Shown: positions 56,586 to 64,000 of the stretch, in pieces | Numbering within the stretch: position 1 is the first letter of the stretch | How the letters are laid out: every line of letters begins with the position of its first letter | DNA from: Minisyncoccia bacterium | Lineage (GTDB): Bacteria; Patescibacteriota; Minisyncoccia; Phycocordibacterales; UBA918 | NCBI GenBank assembly: GCA_046293175.1 | Contig: JBKBPM010000001.1 | Span: 102,891-166,890 of the forward strand | Length of the DNA: 64,000 bases | Direction of reading: 5' to 3' | Program-made: the position numbers and the translations under genes | The notes under the pieces: generated by a model | Databases searched by the model: none | What the model saw: only the letters and a program-made list of their open reading frames with translations | What the model was told of the DNA's origin: nothing

Positions 56586-57803
56586 ATGCGTGTATTAACC
56601 TTTGGTTGGGACTTTCCTCCGATGAAAAACGGCGGACTTGGTGTTGCATGTTTCGGTCTCACTCGCGAGCTCGTCGGGCAAGGAGTTGAGGTTCTCTTTG
56701 TCCTTCCGAAAAAGCAGGTAACTATCGGTGAACCAAAATTTATCTTCGCTGACCAAGCGGAAAAGATTACTATACGACCTGTTGAATCATCCCTCCTCCC
56801 GTACCAATCGACCGATACGTACGTGGAAAGTCTTGAGTATGATCCGACGACTGGAACACCCATCAAGCATCGGCGCACTATCCTTGAGGAGATACACCGC
56901 TTCGCGCACCAAGCGTCCTTGATTGCGCAGACTGAACAGTTTGATCTTATTCATGCGCACGATTGGACATCGTACCTTGCTGGGGTGGCTGCCAAACGGG
57001 CGTCAGGAAAGCCTCTCATGCTTCATGTACATGCCACGTCATTTGATCAGGCAGCGAGTGTACATGTTGATCCAGCGATGTATCAGATTGAATGTGAGGG
57101 ATTTGCATTTGCGGACATTATTGTCGCGGTCAGTGAGTTTACAAAGCGTATTCTCATTGAACGGCACGGTGTTGATCCGCGGAAGATTGCTGTTGTGTAC
57201 AACGGCTGTGATACCTCCACACCACCAACTTTGGCACCGAGCTTAGCAGGACTCAAGGCACAGGGTAAAAAGATTGTGCTCTATCACGGACGTATCACCA
57301 TCCAAAAAGGAGTGGATTATTTTGTGAAAGCAGCTAGGCGCGTGGTTGATGTGGATCCAAATGTTGTGTTTGTTATTTCCGGTTGGGGTGATATGACTAC
57401 CCAAATTATCGAACAAGTTGGACGTGAACGGTTATCAGGAAATGTGATTTTTGCCGGTGCACTTTGGGATGAAGACCGCGATCGGATGTATCAATCTGCC
57501 GACCTCGTGGTGATGCCGTCAGTGTCGGAGCCATTTGGCCTTGTGCCACTTGAGGCACTGCAACAGGGGACTCCGTCTCTTATCTCAAAGCAATCAGGTG
57601 TGGCTGAAGTATTACAGCATGCACTGAAGGTAGATTTTTGGGATGTGGATGAGATGGCTAATCAGATACTCGCAGCACTGCGATATGATGCACTGCGTCG
57701 ACAGCTTACCAATCACGGTCGTGACGAATTAAAGAAATTATCGTGGAAAGACGCAGCGGTAAAAGTGGCACAGCTTTACCAACGTCTGGTACACTACACA
57801 TAG
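56586..57803 (+). CDS. Glycosyltransferase, glycogen/starch-synthase-like (GT4/GT5)
   Basis: MRVLTFGWDFPPMKNGGLGVA matches the K-x-GGL donor-binding motif of glycogen synthases. C-terminal GT1 domain (EPFGLVPLEALQQGTP). Start adjusted. Confidence 0.8.
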   Translation: MRVLTFGWDFPPMKNGGLGVACFGLTRELVGQGVEVLFVLPKKQVTIGEPKFIFADQAEKITIRPVESSLLPYQSTDTYVESLEYDPTTGTPIKHRRTILEEIHRFAHQASLIAQTEQFDLIHAHDWTSYLAGVAAKRASGKPLMLHVHATSFDQAASVHVDPAMYQIECEGFAFADIIVAVSEFTKRILIERHGVDPRKIAVVYNGCDTSTPPTLAPSLAGLKAQGKKIVLYHGRITIQKGVDYFVKAARRVVDVDPNVVFVISGWGDMTTQIIEQVGRERLSGNVIFAGALWDEDRDRMYQSADLVVMPSVSEPFGLVPLEALQQGTPSLISKQSGVAEVLQHALKVDFWDVDEMANQILAALRYDALRRQLTNHGRDELKKLSWKDAAVKVAQLYQRLVHYT

Positions 57804-57805
57804 TT

Positions 57806-59161
57806 ATGTTATCGGTCTGTCCTTATTTTCATGTACATCAACCATACCGGGTAAAACGGTATCGGGTTTTTGATATTGGACATGACCCAGAGTATTTTAA
57901 TGATGATGGATTCAGTGATCTCAATAATCGTAAAATTATTGAGAAGGTAGCGGATAAATCGTATCGACCAACCAATCGTATCCTCAAAGAACTGCTTGAA
58001 ACGCATCCAGAATTTCGCTTCGCACTCTCTTTTTCTGGCACTGCCCTTGATCAATTTGAAGCCTATGCGCCTGATGTATTAAAGTCTTTTCAAGAATTGG
58101 TGGATACTGGTCGTGTGGAGATTTTAGCTGACACCTATTACCACTCACTAGCGTTCTTTTATTCACGATCAGAGTTCGAGCGACAGGTGGCCTATCATGC
58201 TCGTCGTATCAAAGAACTTTTTGGGGTGACGCCGCGGGTATTTCGTAATACTGAGATGTCCTACCGCAACGATCTAGCTAAGTGGTGTGAAGATCATGGT
58301 TACCTCGGTATTCTTGCTGAAGGTTGGGATAAGTACCTCGGGTGGCGCAGTCCAAACTACGTGTACCGACCAACCGGCACTGAGAAGATCAAGGTCTTAC
58401 TCAAAAATTACAAACTCTCTGACGACGTCGCGTTTCGGTTTGGTAATCGAGAGTGGGCGAGTTGGCCGCTTTCGGCCGAGACCTATGCCGGCTGGATCCA
58501 TAGTCACCACGGGGACGGACAGACTATTAATCTCTTTATGGACTATGAGACCTTTGGTGAGCATCAATGGGAAGATACCGGTATATTTGACTTCCTTCGC
58601 GTGTTACCGAAGAATTTGATGCGCCATCCTGAGACCACGTTTAAAACACCGTCCGAGACCATTCTTACCTATGATGCTATAGGTGAATACGATGTACCTG
58701 ATATTCTCACGTGGGCTGACACTGACCGTGATCTGACCGCTTGGACAGGTAATGATATTCAACAAGATGCACTTCATAAGACCTATGCACTTGAAGATGC
58801 TGTTTTAGCGACTAATGATGCAGAGCTTATTGAGCGCTGGCGAAAACTCCAAACCTCCGATCACTTCTACTACATGTGTACCAAGTGGTCAAACGATGGT
58901 GATGTCCATGCGTATTTTAGTCCTTATCAATCTCCATACGACGCGTACATTTCGTTTATGAATGCTCTCTCAGACTTGAAGGCTCGCGTTGACCAGAAAC
59001 AACCACAACCAGAAGCATCGGTGGCAGTGCCTGAAACGGTTGAGCTTGATATCACTCTTGGCATGCTCATGAAGGCGTCCTGGCGACACTTTGTCACCGC
59101 CTCAGTATTCGGGAAGCTTTGGCAGCGCGCCAAGCGAGCAATTTATAAGTTAGTAACGTAA
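57806..59161 (+). CDS. Glycoside hydrolase family 57 protein (alpha-amylase / branching-enzyme-like)
   Basis: N-terminal FHVHQPYR (GH57 HQP motif) and a conserved Glu/Asp catalytic region (WDKYLGWRSPNYVY... FMDYETFGEH). Start adjusted. Confidence 0.8.
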   Translation: MLSVCPYFHVHQPYRVKRYRVFDIGHDPEYFNDDGFSDLNNRKIIEKVADKSYRPTNRILKELLETHPEFRFALSFSGTALDQFEAYAPDVLKSFQELVDTGRVEILADTYYHSLAFFYSRSEFERQVAYHARRIKELFGVTPRVFRNTEMSYRNDLAKWCEDHGYLGILAEGWDKYLGWRSPNYVYRPTGTEKIKVLLKNYKLSDDVAFRFGNREWASWPLSAETYAGWIHSHHGDGQTINLFMDYETFGEHQWEDTGIFDFLRVLPKNLMRHPETTFKTPSETILTYDAIGEYDVPDILTWADTDRDLTAWTGNDIQQDALHKTYALEDAVLATNDAELIERWRKLQTSDHFYYMCTKWSNDGDVHAYFSPYQSPYDAYISFMNALSDLKARVDQKQPQPEASVAVPETVELDITLGMLMKASWRHFVTASVFGKLWQRAKRAIYKLVT

Positions 59162-59165
59162 TCTT

Positions 59166-59495
59166 ATGCCAACTAAAACCAAAACCACTGCTACACCAAA
59201 AAAGGCAGCAGTCAAACCAAAAAGCAAGGCTGCACCAGTTGTTGTAGTACCAGCAGAACTAGCCTTCTGGACTATTAACGGTGTTGTGTATCACTCGCTT
59301 TCTGAGTTAGCGGATGGGTTTGCTACTATGGAAGGACGAGTATATCGGTACCATGCCGACAAAGACCATCAAGATTTTGCCGTCTGGGTAAGTAGTGTCT
59401 TTATGAATAAACAACTTTCAACACTTCTCAAAAAAGCCGCTACACCGAAAGCTGCCGAGAAAGTCATTCGTACCCATCTTAAAGCTTCCAAGTAA
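59166..59495 (+). CDS. Small protein with a lysine-rich histone-like N-terminus, hypothetical
   Basis: MPTKTKTTATPKKAAVKPKSKAAPVVV followed by a globular part. Embedded in the glucan locus. Confidence 0.5.
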   Translation: MPTKTKTTATPKKAAVKPKSKAAPVVVVPAELAFWTINGVVYHSLSELADGFATMEGRVYRYHADKDHQDFAVWVSSVFMNKQLSTLLKKAATPKAAEKVIRTHLKASK

Positions 59496-59501
59496 ATTTA
59501 T

Positions 59502-61475
59502 ATGGCACGCGCAATCACGCTCGGAAATGGCAATATGCTCGTTGGTCTCGACTACCGTGGCCAGGTGCGTGATTTGTATTACCCGTACGTTGGGCAAACC
59601 AATCATGTCAGTGGCGCCAGCGGCAGCTACGTTCATCGGATTGGTGTCTTTGTTGATGGTGAGACCTCATGGCTTGATGATGGTGAGTGGGTGGTCACTA
59701 TTGGTACCAATAGCGATAGTGTGATTGGGCATGTGACAGCTGTTAATGAGAGGAGAGGTGTGACGCTCGTGACTCGTGATGCTGTTCATAACGAGCATGA
59801 TGTTTTTTTACGACATGTTGTCGTCCATAATGATCGTAGCGAAGTGCGCGAGATAAAAGTATTTTTTGCTCAACAATTTCGGATTGCGGAGTCTCGTCGT
59901 GGGGATACAGCGTTGTTTGATCCGCGGGTGAGCGCCATCATCCACTACAAAGGCAAAGACACGTTTTTGGTTAATGCCATGATTAATGATGTGCAATTTA
60001 CCGAATACAATATTGGGTTATTTGGTATCGAAGGAAAAGAGGGTACCTGGCACGATGCATTTGATGGGGTGCTTGAAAAAAATCCCATTGAACACGGATC
60101 GGTTGATTCAATTATTGCTCTCTCGCACATCTACGACGCGAAGGCGAGTGCTGATATCTACTACTGGGTGGTTTGTGCTGATTCGATCCCGAAAGCCCAC
60201 ACTTTAGATGAAATAGTCATTGATGAGACTCCAAAACGACTCATTGTTTCGACCGATGCCTACTGGAAGGCATGGCTTGAAAAAGAGAATCGTGACTTCA
60301 GTGCGTTGCCCACTGAACTCACCAAACTCTACCGGCAATCACTTGCTACCATTCGGGTTCATACGGATAATCGTGGCGGGATTATTGCTTCTTCTGATAC
60401 AGACATGTTGCACCACGGGCGCGATACGTATAGCTACGTCTGGCCGCGCGATGGGGCTATGATTGCCCGTGCGCTCGATAAGGTTGGGTACCAAGATGTA
60501 GCGGAACGCTTCTTTGAATTTGTTGCGCGCTGCCAAGAACCTGGAGGTTACCTTATGCATAAGTACCTCACTGATGGATCGCTCGGTAGTTCGTGGCATC
60601 CCTGGCTCCAACACGGAAAGCCATATCTCCCGATTCAGGAAGATGAAACCGCTTCAATTTTGTTTGCCTTGTGGGAACACTATGAAATTAGTCGTGACCT
60701 CGAATTTGTCGAAACACACTACAACAGTTTTATTGAACCGGCCGCTAAATTTATTTCCGAATACATCGAGGCAACAACCGGTCTCCCACAGGCTTCCTTT
60801 GACCTTTGGGAAGAGAAGTATGGTACGTCTACCTACACGGCGGCGTCGGTCTACGGAGGACTTATGGCAGCAACCCGCTTCGCTGGACTTCTCGGTAAAG
60901 ATAATGATGCGCGCACGTACCAGGCGATAGCGCAGCGGCTAGCGTCTGCGATTGTGACGTACCTCTACAAGCCAGAGCTCAAAATGTTTGTGAAGCAGGT
61001 CTTTCATACTGACGATGGACTCTCGTACGATGATACCCTTGATATTTCAAGCTTCCATGGCATAGTCCTTTTTGGCGTATTGCCGGTTGATGATGAACGA
61101 GTCAAAACCTCACTCAAAACTATCGAAGCGAAGCTTGCGGTGAACGCTATAAGTCAGGGCTTTGTCCGCTACGAACGAGATACCTACTACACGATGCAAG
61201 AAGCAGGGAGTCCAAATCCTTGGGTGATTACGACTTTGTGGGTAGCACAGTATTATATTGCCACAGCGACGAAAGCCGCTGATCTCAAGACTGCTCTGGA
61301 AATCCTCGAGTGGACCGCTTCCCATGCTGGTGCTGGTGGTACTTTAGCCGAGCAAATGCACCCACATACCCGCGAGCACAAATCTGCTGCGCCACTCATT
61401 TGGAGCCATGCGGAATTTGTGTTGGCAGTTGATGCGTACCTCAAGAAACTAGAATCGTTTAAAACCAAAAAATAA
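59502..61475 (+). CDS. Glycoside hydrolase family 15 protein (glucoamylase / glucodextranase-like)
   Basis: 657 aa. N-terminal beta-sandwich plus an (alpha/alpha)6 barrel. Conserved region FDLWEEKYGTSTYTAASVYGGL (catalytic E in WEE). Confidence 0.8.
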   Translation: MARAITLGNGNMLVGLDYRGQVRDLYYPYVGQTNHVSGASGSYVHRIGVFVDGETSWLDDGEWVVTIGTNSDSVIGHVTAVNERRGVTLVTRDAVHNEHDVFLRHVVVHNDRSEVREIKVFFAQQFRIAESRRGDTALFDPRVSAIIHYKGKDTFLVNAMINDVQFTEYNIGLFGIEGKEGTWHDAFDGVLEKNPIEHGSVDSIIALSHIYDAKASADIYYWVVCADSIPKAHTLDEIVIDETPKRLIVSTDAYWKAWLEKENRDFSALPTELTKLYRQSLATIRVHTDNRGGIIASSDTDMLHHGRDTYSYVWPRDGAMIARALDKVGYQDVAERFFEFVARCQEPGGYLMHKYLTDGSLGSSWHPWLQHGKPYLPIQEDETASILFALWEHYEISRDLEFVETHYNSFIEPAAKFISEYIEATTGLPQASFDLWEEKYGTSTYTAASVYGGLMAATRFAGLLGKDNDARTYQAIAQRLASAIVTYLYKPELKMFVKQVFHTDDGLSYDDTLDISSFHGIVLFGVLPVDDERVKTSLKTIEAKLAVNAISQGFVRYERDTYYTMQEAGSPNPWVITTLWVAQYYIATATKAADLKTALEILEWTASHAGAGGTLAEQMHPHTREHKSAAPLIWSHAEFVLAVDAYLKKLESFKTKK

Positions 61476-61482
61476 TTACAAG

Positions 61483-61516
61483 ATAAAATACTCCATTTAA
61501 ATGGAGTATTTTATCG
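61483..61516. promoter_or_regulatory. 34-bp perfect palindrome overlapping the 3' end of the TrpR-like gene
   Basis: gataaaATACTCCATTTAAATGGAGTATtttatc. Confidence 0.6.
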
Positions 61517-61933
61517 CTTCCGTTTTGCTTTAATAATATAGTTTCGGCGTGGCATGATGCCACCCACAGTGAGAATTGAGTCGATTAATATGAGCAAATC
61601 AGTGTAGTTCTTTTTGCTTTTAGTTAATGATTCGATGATGTTAGAAAACTCTTTTCTCTCATACCTCTCAAATAATTTTGCTACGGTAGTTTCGCTCACT
61701 TTGAGCCGCTGTGCAATTGAGTAGCAAGATCTCCCTTCATTGAGCATTAATACAATTGCTAATCTTTTAGCGAAGATTTCTTTTTCTTCATACCCAAATA
61801 GTTCTTCATAAAACATTCGCGCTTGATTTCCATTTAACTTTCCAAGTACATCAGTAAATTGCGAGATAAGATGTTCGCGTTGAACCTCTGAGAGACGATC
61901 TTTGGATAACCTCATACCAACAATATACTCCAT
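61511..61933 (-). CDS. TrpR-family (YerC/YecD-like) helix-turn-helix protein
   Basis: 140 aa. ...LMLNEGRSCYSIAQRLKVSETTVAKL... is a TrpR/YerC-type HTH. The first ATG lies inside a palindrome; the real start may be the Met at 61915 (MRLSKDRL). Confidence 0.7.
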   Translation of the reverse strand: MEYIVGMRLSKDRLSEVQREHLISQFTDVLGKLNGNQARMFYEELFGYEEKEIFAKRLAIVLMLNEGRSCYSIAQRLKVSETTVAKLFERYERKEFSNIIESLTKSKKNYTDLLILIDSILTVGGIMPRRNYIIKAKRKR

Positions 61934-61953
61934 TTAAATGGAGTATATTGTTG
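61916..61953. promoter_or_regulatory. 38-bp perfect palindrome overlapping the start codon of the TrpR-like gene
   Basis: ccaacaatATACTCCATTTAAATGGAGTATattgttgg. Confidence 0.6.
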
Positions 61954-62036
61954 GTAGGCGTGGATTAGTTAATCTACCCATAACAGTTTTGGCTGCACAC
62001 CTTATTAAATTTTTATTTGTGAAATTATTAATACTG

Positions 62037-62080
62037 ATACTCCCCAATACTCCATTTAAATGGAGTATTGGGGAGTATCA
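62037..62080. promoter_or_regulatory. 44-bp perfect palindrome with duplicated ATACTCC half-sites
   Basis: GATACTCCccaATACTCCATTTAAATGGAGTATtggGGAGTATC. Lies between truB (3' end) and the TrpR-like gene. Confidence 0.6.
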
Positions 62081-62098
62081 AATAGTATTTGCTTGGGG

Positions 62099-62926
62099 TT
62101 AGAATTTTTTGCGCCAAAAGCCGCCAATGATGGGAAGTGGGACAAATTTTCCGATGGTGGTGCGATGGATATGGTACGCAAGCGCCGGTACACCGAGGTC
62201 TTTGCCGATGGCGGGGGCGAGGCTGCGGATATAGGTACCGCTGCTCACAGTAGCTCGGAAGTAGGCAATAGTAAAGCGGTCGCTAGGTGCACCACCTTTT
62301 TTGAAGATATCCCAATCAGCCCGAACGTTGGTTCGCCTGAAGTCATTACCAAGCGCTTTGCGTAGGTCGGTGACTGGAGGGATGCTATTGATTTTTTGAA
62401 GCGCGTCTTTTACGACTTCAGCCCGCATCTTGGTCTCAACTTTAGTTAATATGAGTTGATGAATAGTTGAGGTCTGGACTGGTATTTCAATTTCATTAAG
62501 ACGTCCTTCGACGGCCCAGGTGTGTAGTGGTTTACCTTTCACTGTACGAGAAGAAAAAGCCGGGAAGGTGAGATTGATGGTGTCTTTAAAATACGGCAGG
62601 ACATGGCTGAGGCGCTTTTTTGTTACCACTACTTGAGGGTACGGTGGTGGAGTAAGGCGACCCATGACATCCCCGGTATCACTGCCAACACCAAATAGAA
62701 TCGAGAACTCGTACGCCTTATCGAGGCTATGGTACTGCTCTTGTACTTTGCAGGTGTCACCAATAAGGATAAGGAGTTTGCCCGACGCTAGTGGATCGAG
62801 TCGGCCGGCGTAGGCTAAGGGGAGTTTTGTATACTCACTTGATTGTTTCCTACGCCACGTTTCCATTGCCTCAAGCGGCGTTTCACCAACTCGTTTTTCG
62901 ATAACGACGTACCGAGGGATGTTCAT
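62099..62926 (-). CDS. truB: tRNA pseudouridine(55) synthase
   Basis: AGRLDPLASGKLLILIGDTCK (the TruB catalytic Asp motif) and a PUA-like C-terminus. Confidence 0.85.
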   Translation of the reverse strand: MNIPRYVVIEKRVGETPLEAMETWRRKQSSEYTKLPLAYAGRLDPLASGKLLILIGDTCKVQEQYHSLDKAYEFSILFGVGSDTGDVMGRLTPPPYPQVVVTKKRLSHVLPYFKDTINLTFPAFSSRTVKGKPLHTWAVEGRLNEIEIPVQTSTIHQLILTKVETKMRAEVVKDALQKINSIPPVTDLRKALGNDFRRTNVRADWDIFKKGGAPSDRFTIAYFRATVSSGTYIRSLAPAIGKDLGVPALAYHIHRTTIGKFVPLPIIGGFWRKKF

Positions 62927-63033
62927 GTATATATTGTAGCAGATTCAACTAGTAAGAATTCCGGCGGTCTGCAACAGTTACCGTTTAGAAATGATTGTAT
63001 GAAAAATAAAAAACTTTAAATGCTAAAGAAAGG

Positions 63034-63058
63034 AAAGGGCGACCCGAAGGTCGCCCGG
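63034..63058. terminator. Terminator hairpin
   Basis: aaagggcgacccgaaggtcgccc. Confidence 0.6.
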
Positions 63059-63065
63059 CTCCATC

Positions 63066-63452
63066 TTATGCTGTCGGCGGAAAACAAATCCCTTTCGCCC
63101 AGATCTCGACTTCTTCGAGGGTGGCGAATTGGCCGCCTGGACTCACCACGTCATCACTCCTGAAGATGATGATTTGTCCGTATTCGGCATCGTCAGCGAC
63201 GAATGTTGCCATCGGCTCTCCCGACATATATGCCTCGAAGTTCTCGACGTAGCATTCGCCCCCTTCGTTCAGGGTGACCATGCCCGGGTAAACAAATGCT
63301 GTGTACCCGTATTCAACTTCGACGAGAGGATTGTCTGCAAAGACAACTCCACCAGCACCGATGGTATCGCAGTCACAGCTGATATCTTCAGCCATCGCGA
63401 CCGAAGAGAGAAGAATCGAAACTGCCAGTCCAACTTTTGCCCCAAAGTACAT
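63066..63452 (-). CDS. Secreted hypothetical protein
   Basis: 128 aa. Signal peptide MYFGAKVGLAVSILLSSVAMA, acidic Cys-containing mature part. GC about 53%. Confidence 0.45.
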   Translation of the reverse strand: MYFGAKVGLAVSILLSSVAMAEDISCDCDTIGAGGVVFADNPLVEVEYGYTAFVYPGMVTLNEGGECYVENFEAYMSGEPMATFVADDAEYGQIIIFRSDDVVSPGGQFATLEEVEIWAKGICFPPTA

Positions 63453-63740
63453 TAAAGCACCTCCATGTGCATTTTTACCGACGGGTTGATTCCTGTCGAT
63501 TCTTTACACTATACCATAGATTAAGGTAAAAATCAATGAATTATTATTAATCACCAGGTTTTAAGCCTTAAATTAAACACAACAACTACCAACCAGATCC
63601 TAACGTCTTAGTTGGCCGTTATGGCAACAAACAGGCATTAAAACGGACTACCGCCGAGGAAGCTATTGAGAATAGCGAGACCAATAAAGAGGGCAAGCGC
63701 CATGACAACGTATTTCATATGCAAATATAGTAACACAAAG

Positions 63741-63772
63741 GGCCGCCCTTCGTTTTACGAAGGGCGGCCCTT
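63741..63772. terminator. Bidirectional terminator
   Basis: aagggccgcccttcgttttacgaagggcggccctt. Confidence 0.7.
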
Positions 63773-63787
63773 TGGAAATTTTTTAGG

Positions 63788-64000
63788 TTACTGTTTCGGT
63801 ACAAATGTTAGGGCTGTGCCGGTCTTATCAGCCCGACCAGTACGACCAATACGGTGAACATAATCTTCAAACGTGTTTGGGAGGTCGTAGTTGATTACGT
63901 GTGAGACGTTGTCGACGTGGATACCACGGGCAGCGACGTCAGTGGCGACGAGGATATTCACCCGACCAGATTTGAAGTTCTGGAGTGAGCGCTGACGCTG
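63788..64000 (-). CDS. DEAD-box RNA helicase, C-terminal part; gene continues beyond the window
   Basis: Minus-strand translation ...[54 protein letters not shown]... carries helicase motifs V/VI ([13 protein letters not shown]). Confidence 0.8.
   Translation of the reverse strand, partial: QRQRSLQNFKSGRVNILVATDVAARGIHVDNVSHVINYDLPNTFEDYVHRIGRTGRADKTGTALTFVPKQ

Noticed and set aside
63638-63718. 26-aa hydrophobic peptide ORF (MKYVVMALALFIGLAILNSFLGGSPF) on the minus strand
   Set aside because: Too short to support without conservation data; mentioned only here.
1-64000. Search for tRNA, rRNA and CRISPR arrays
   Set aside because: Intergenic regions were scanned for T-arm GGTTCGAATCC-like boxes and for regularly spaced direct repeats; none found. 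The repeats present are palindromic hairpins, not CRISPR-like arrays.

Overview
This 64 kb window looks like a compact, gene-dense bacterial chromosome segment with about 45-50% GC. I could not find any rRNA, tRNA or CRISPR array. The gene content and architecture resemble a reduced-genome monoderm lineage such as Patescibacteria/CPR or Saccharibacteria, but that is inference.

Housekeeping genes are spread across the window: gyrB (3' part), thrS, dnaE, rnhB, rpmF, a nusB-Nudix fusion, rnc, smc, rnr, rpsP, a KH-domain protein gene, trmD, rpoB-rpoC, dnaG, rpoD, hisS, prmC, fba, rpmG and truB.

Accessory material falls into five groups:
- A surface/cell-wall locus: a membrane-anchored protein, a sortase, and two large Ig-like-repeat proteins that end in an [LV]PxTGF-plus-hydrophobic sorting signal.
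- Three tandem type IV pilin-like genes.
- A UvrD-helicase/RecB-nuclease fusion, a Na+/H+ antiporter, DsbA, UppP, an ABC-2 exporter and a PH-domain membrane protein.
- An alpha-glucan cluster: a GT4/GT5 glycosyltransferase, a GH57 enzyme, a lysine-rich protein and a GH15 enzyme.
- A TrpR/YerC-family gene bracketed by three long perfect palindromes.

Non-coding signals are unusually rich:
- The thrS leader carries an apparent T-box riboswitch: a UGGAACC antiterminator bulge, a terminator hairpin, an ACC codon and an AGAGA box.
- There are two families of palindromic repeat elements.
- A 70-nt 3'-UTR motif occurs twice with covarying stems.

Several discrete GC-rich (55-68% GC) islands carry lipoprotein, Tat-signal or degraded ORFs, which suggests foreign DNA picked up from a high-GC donor. 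Gene starts marked 'adjusted' were moved by hand from the ORF track. All annotation rests on reading the translations by eye.
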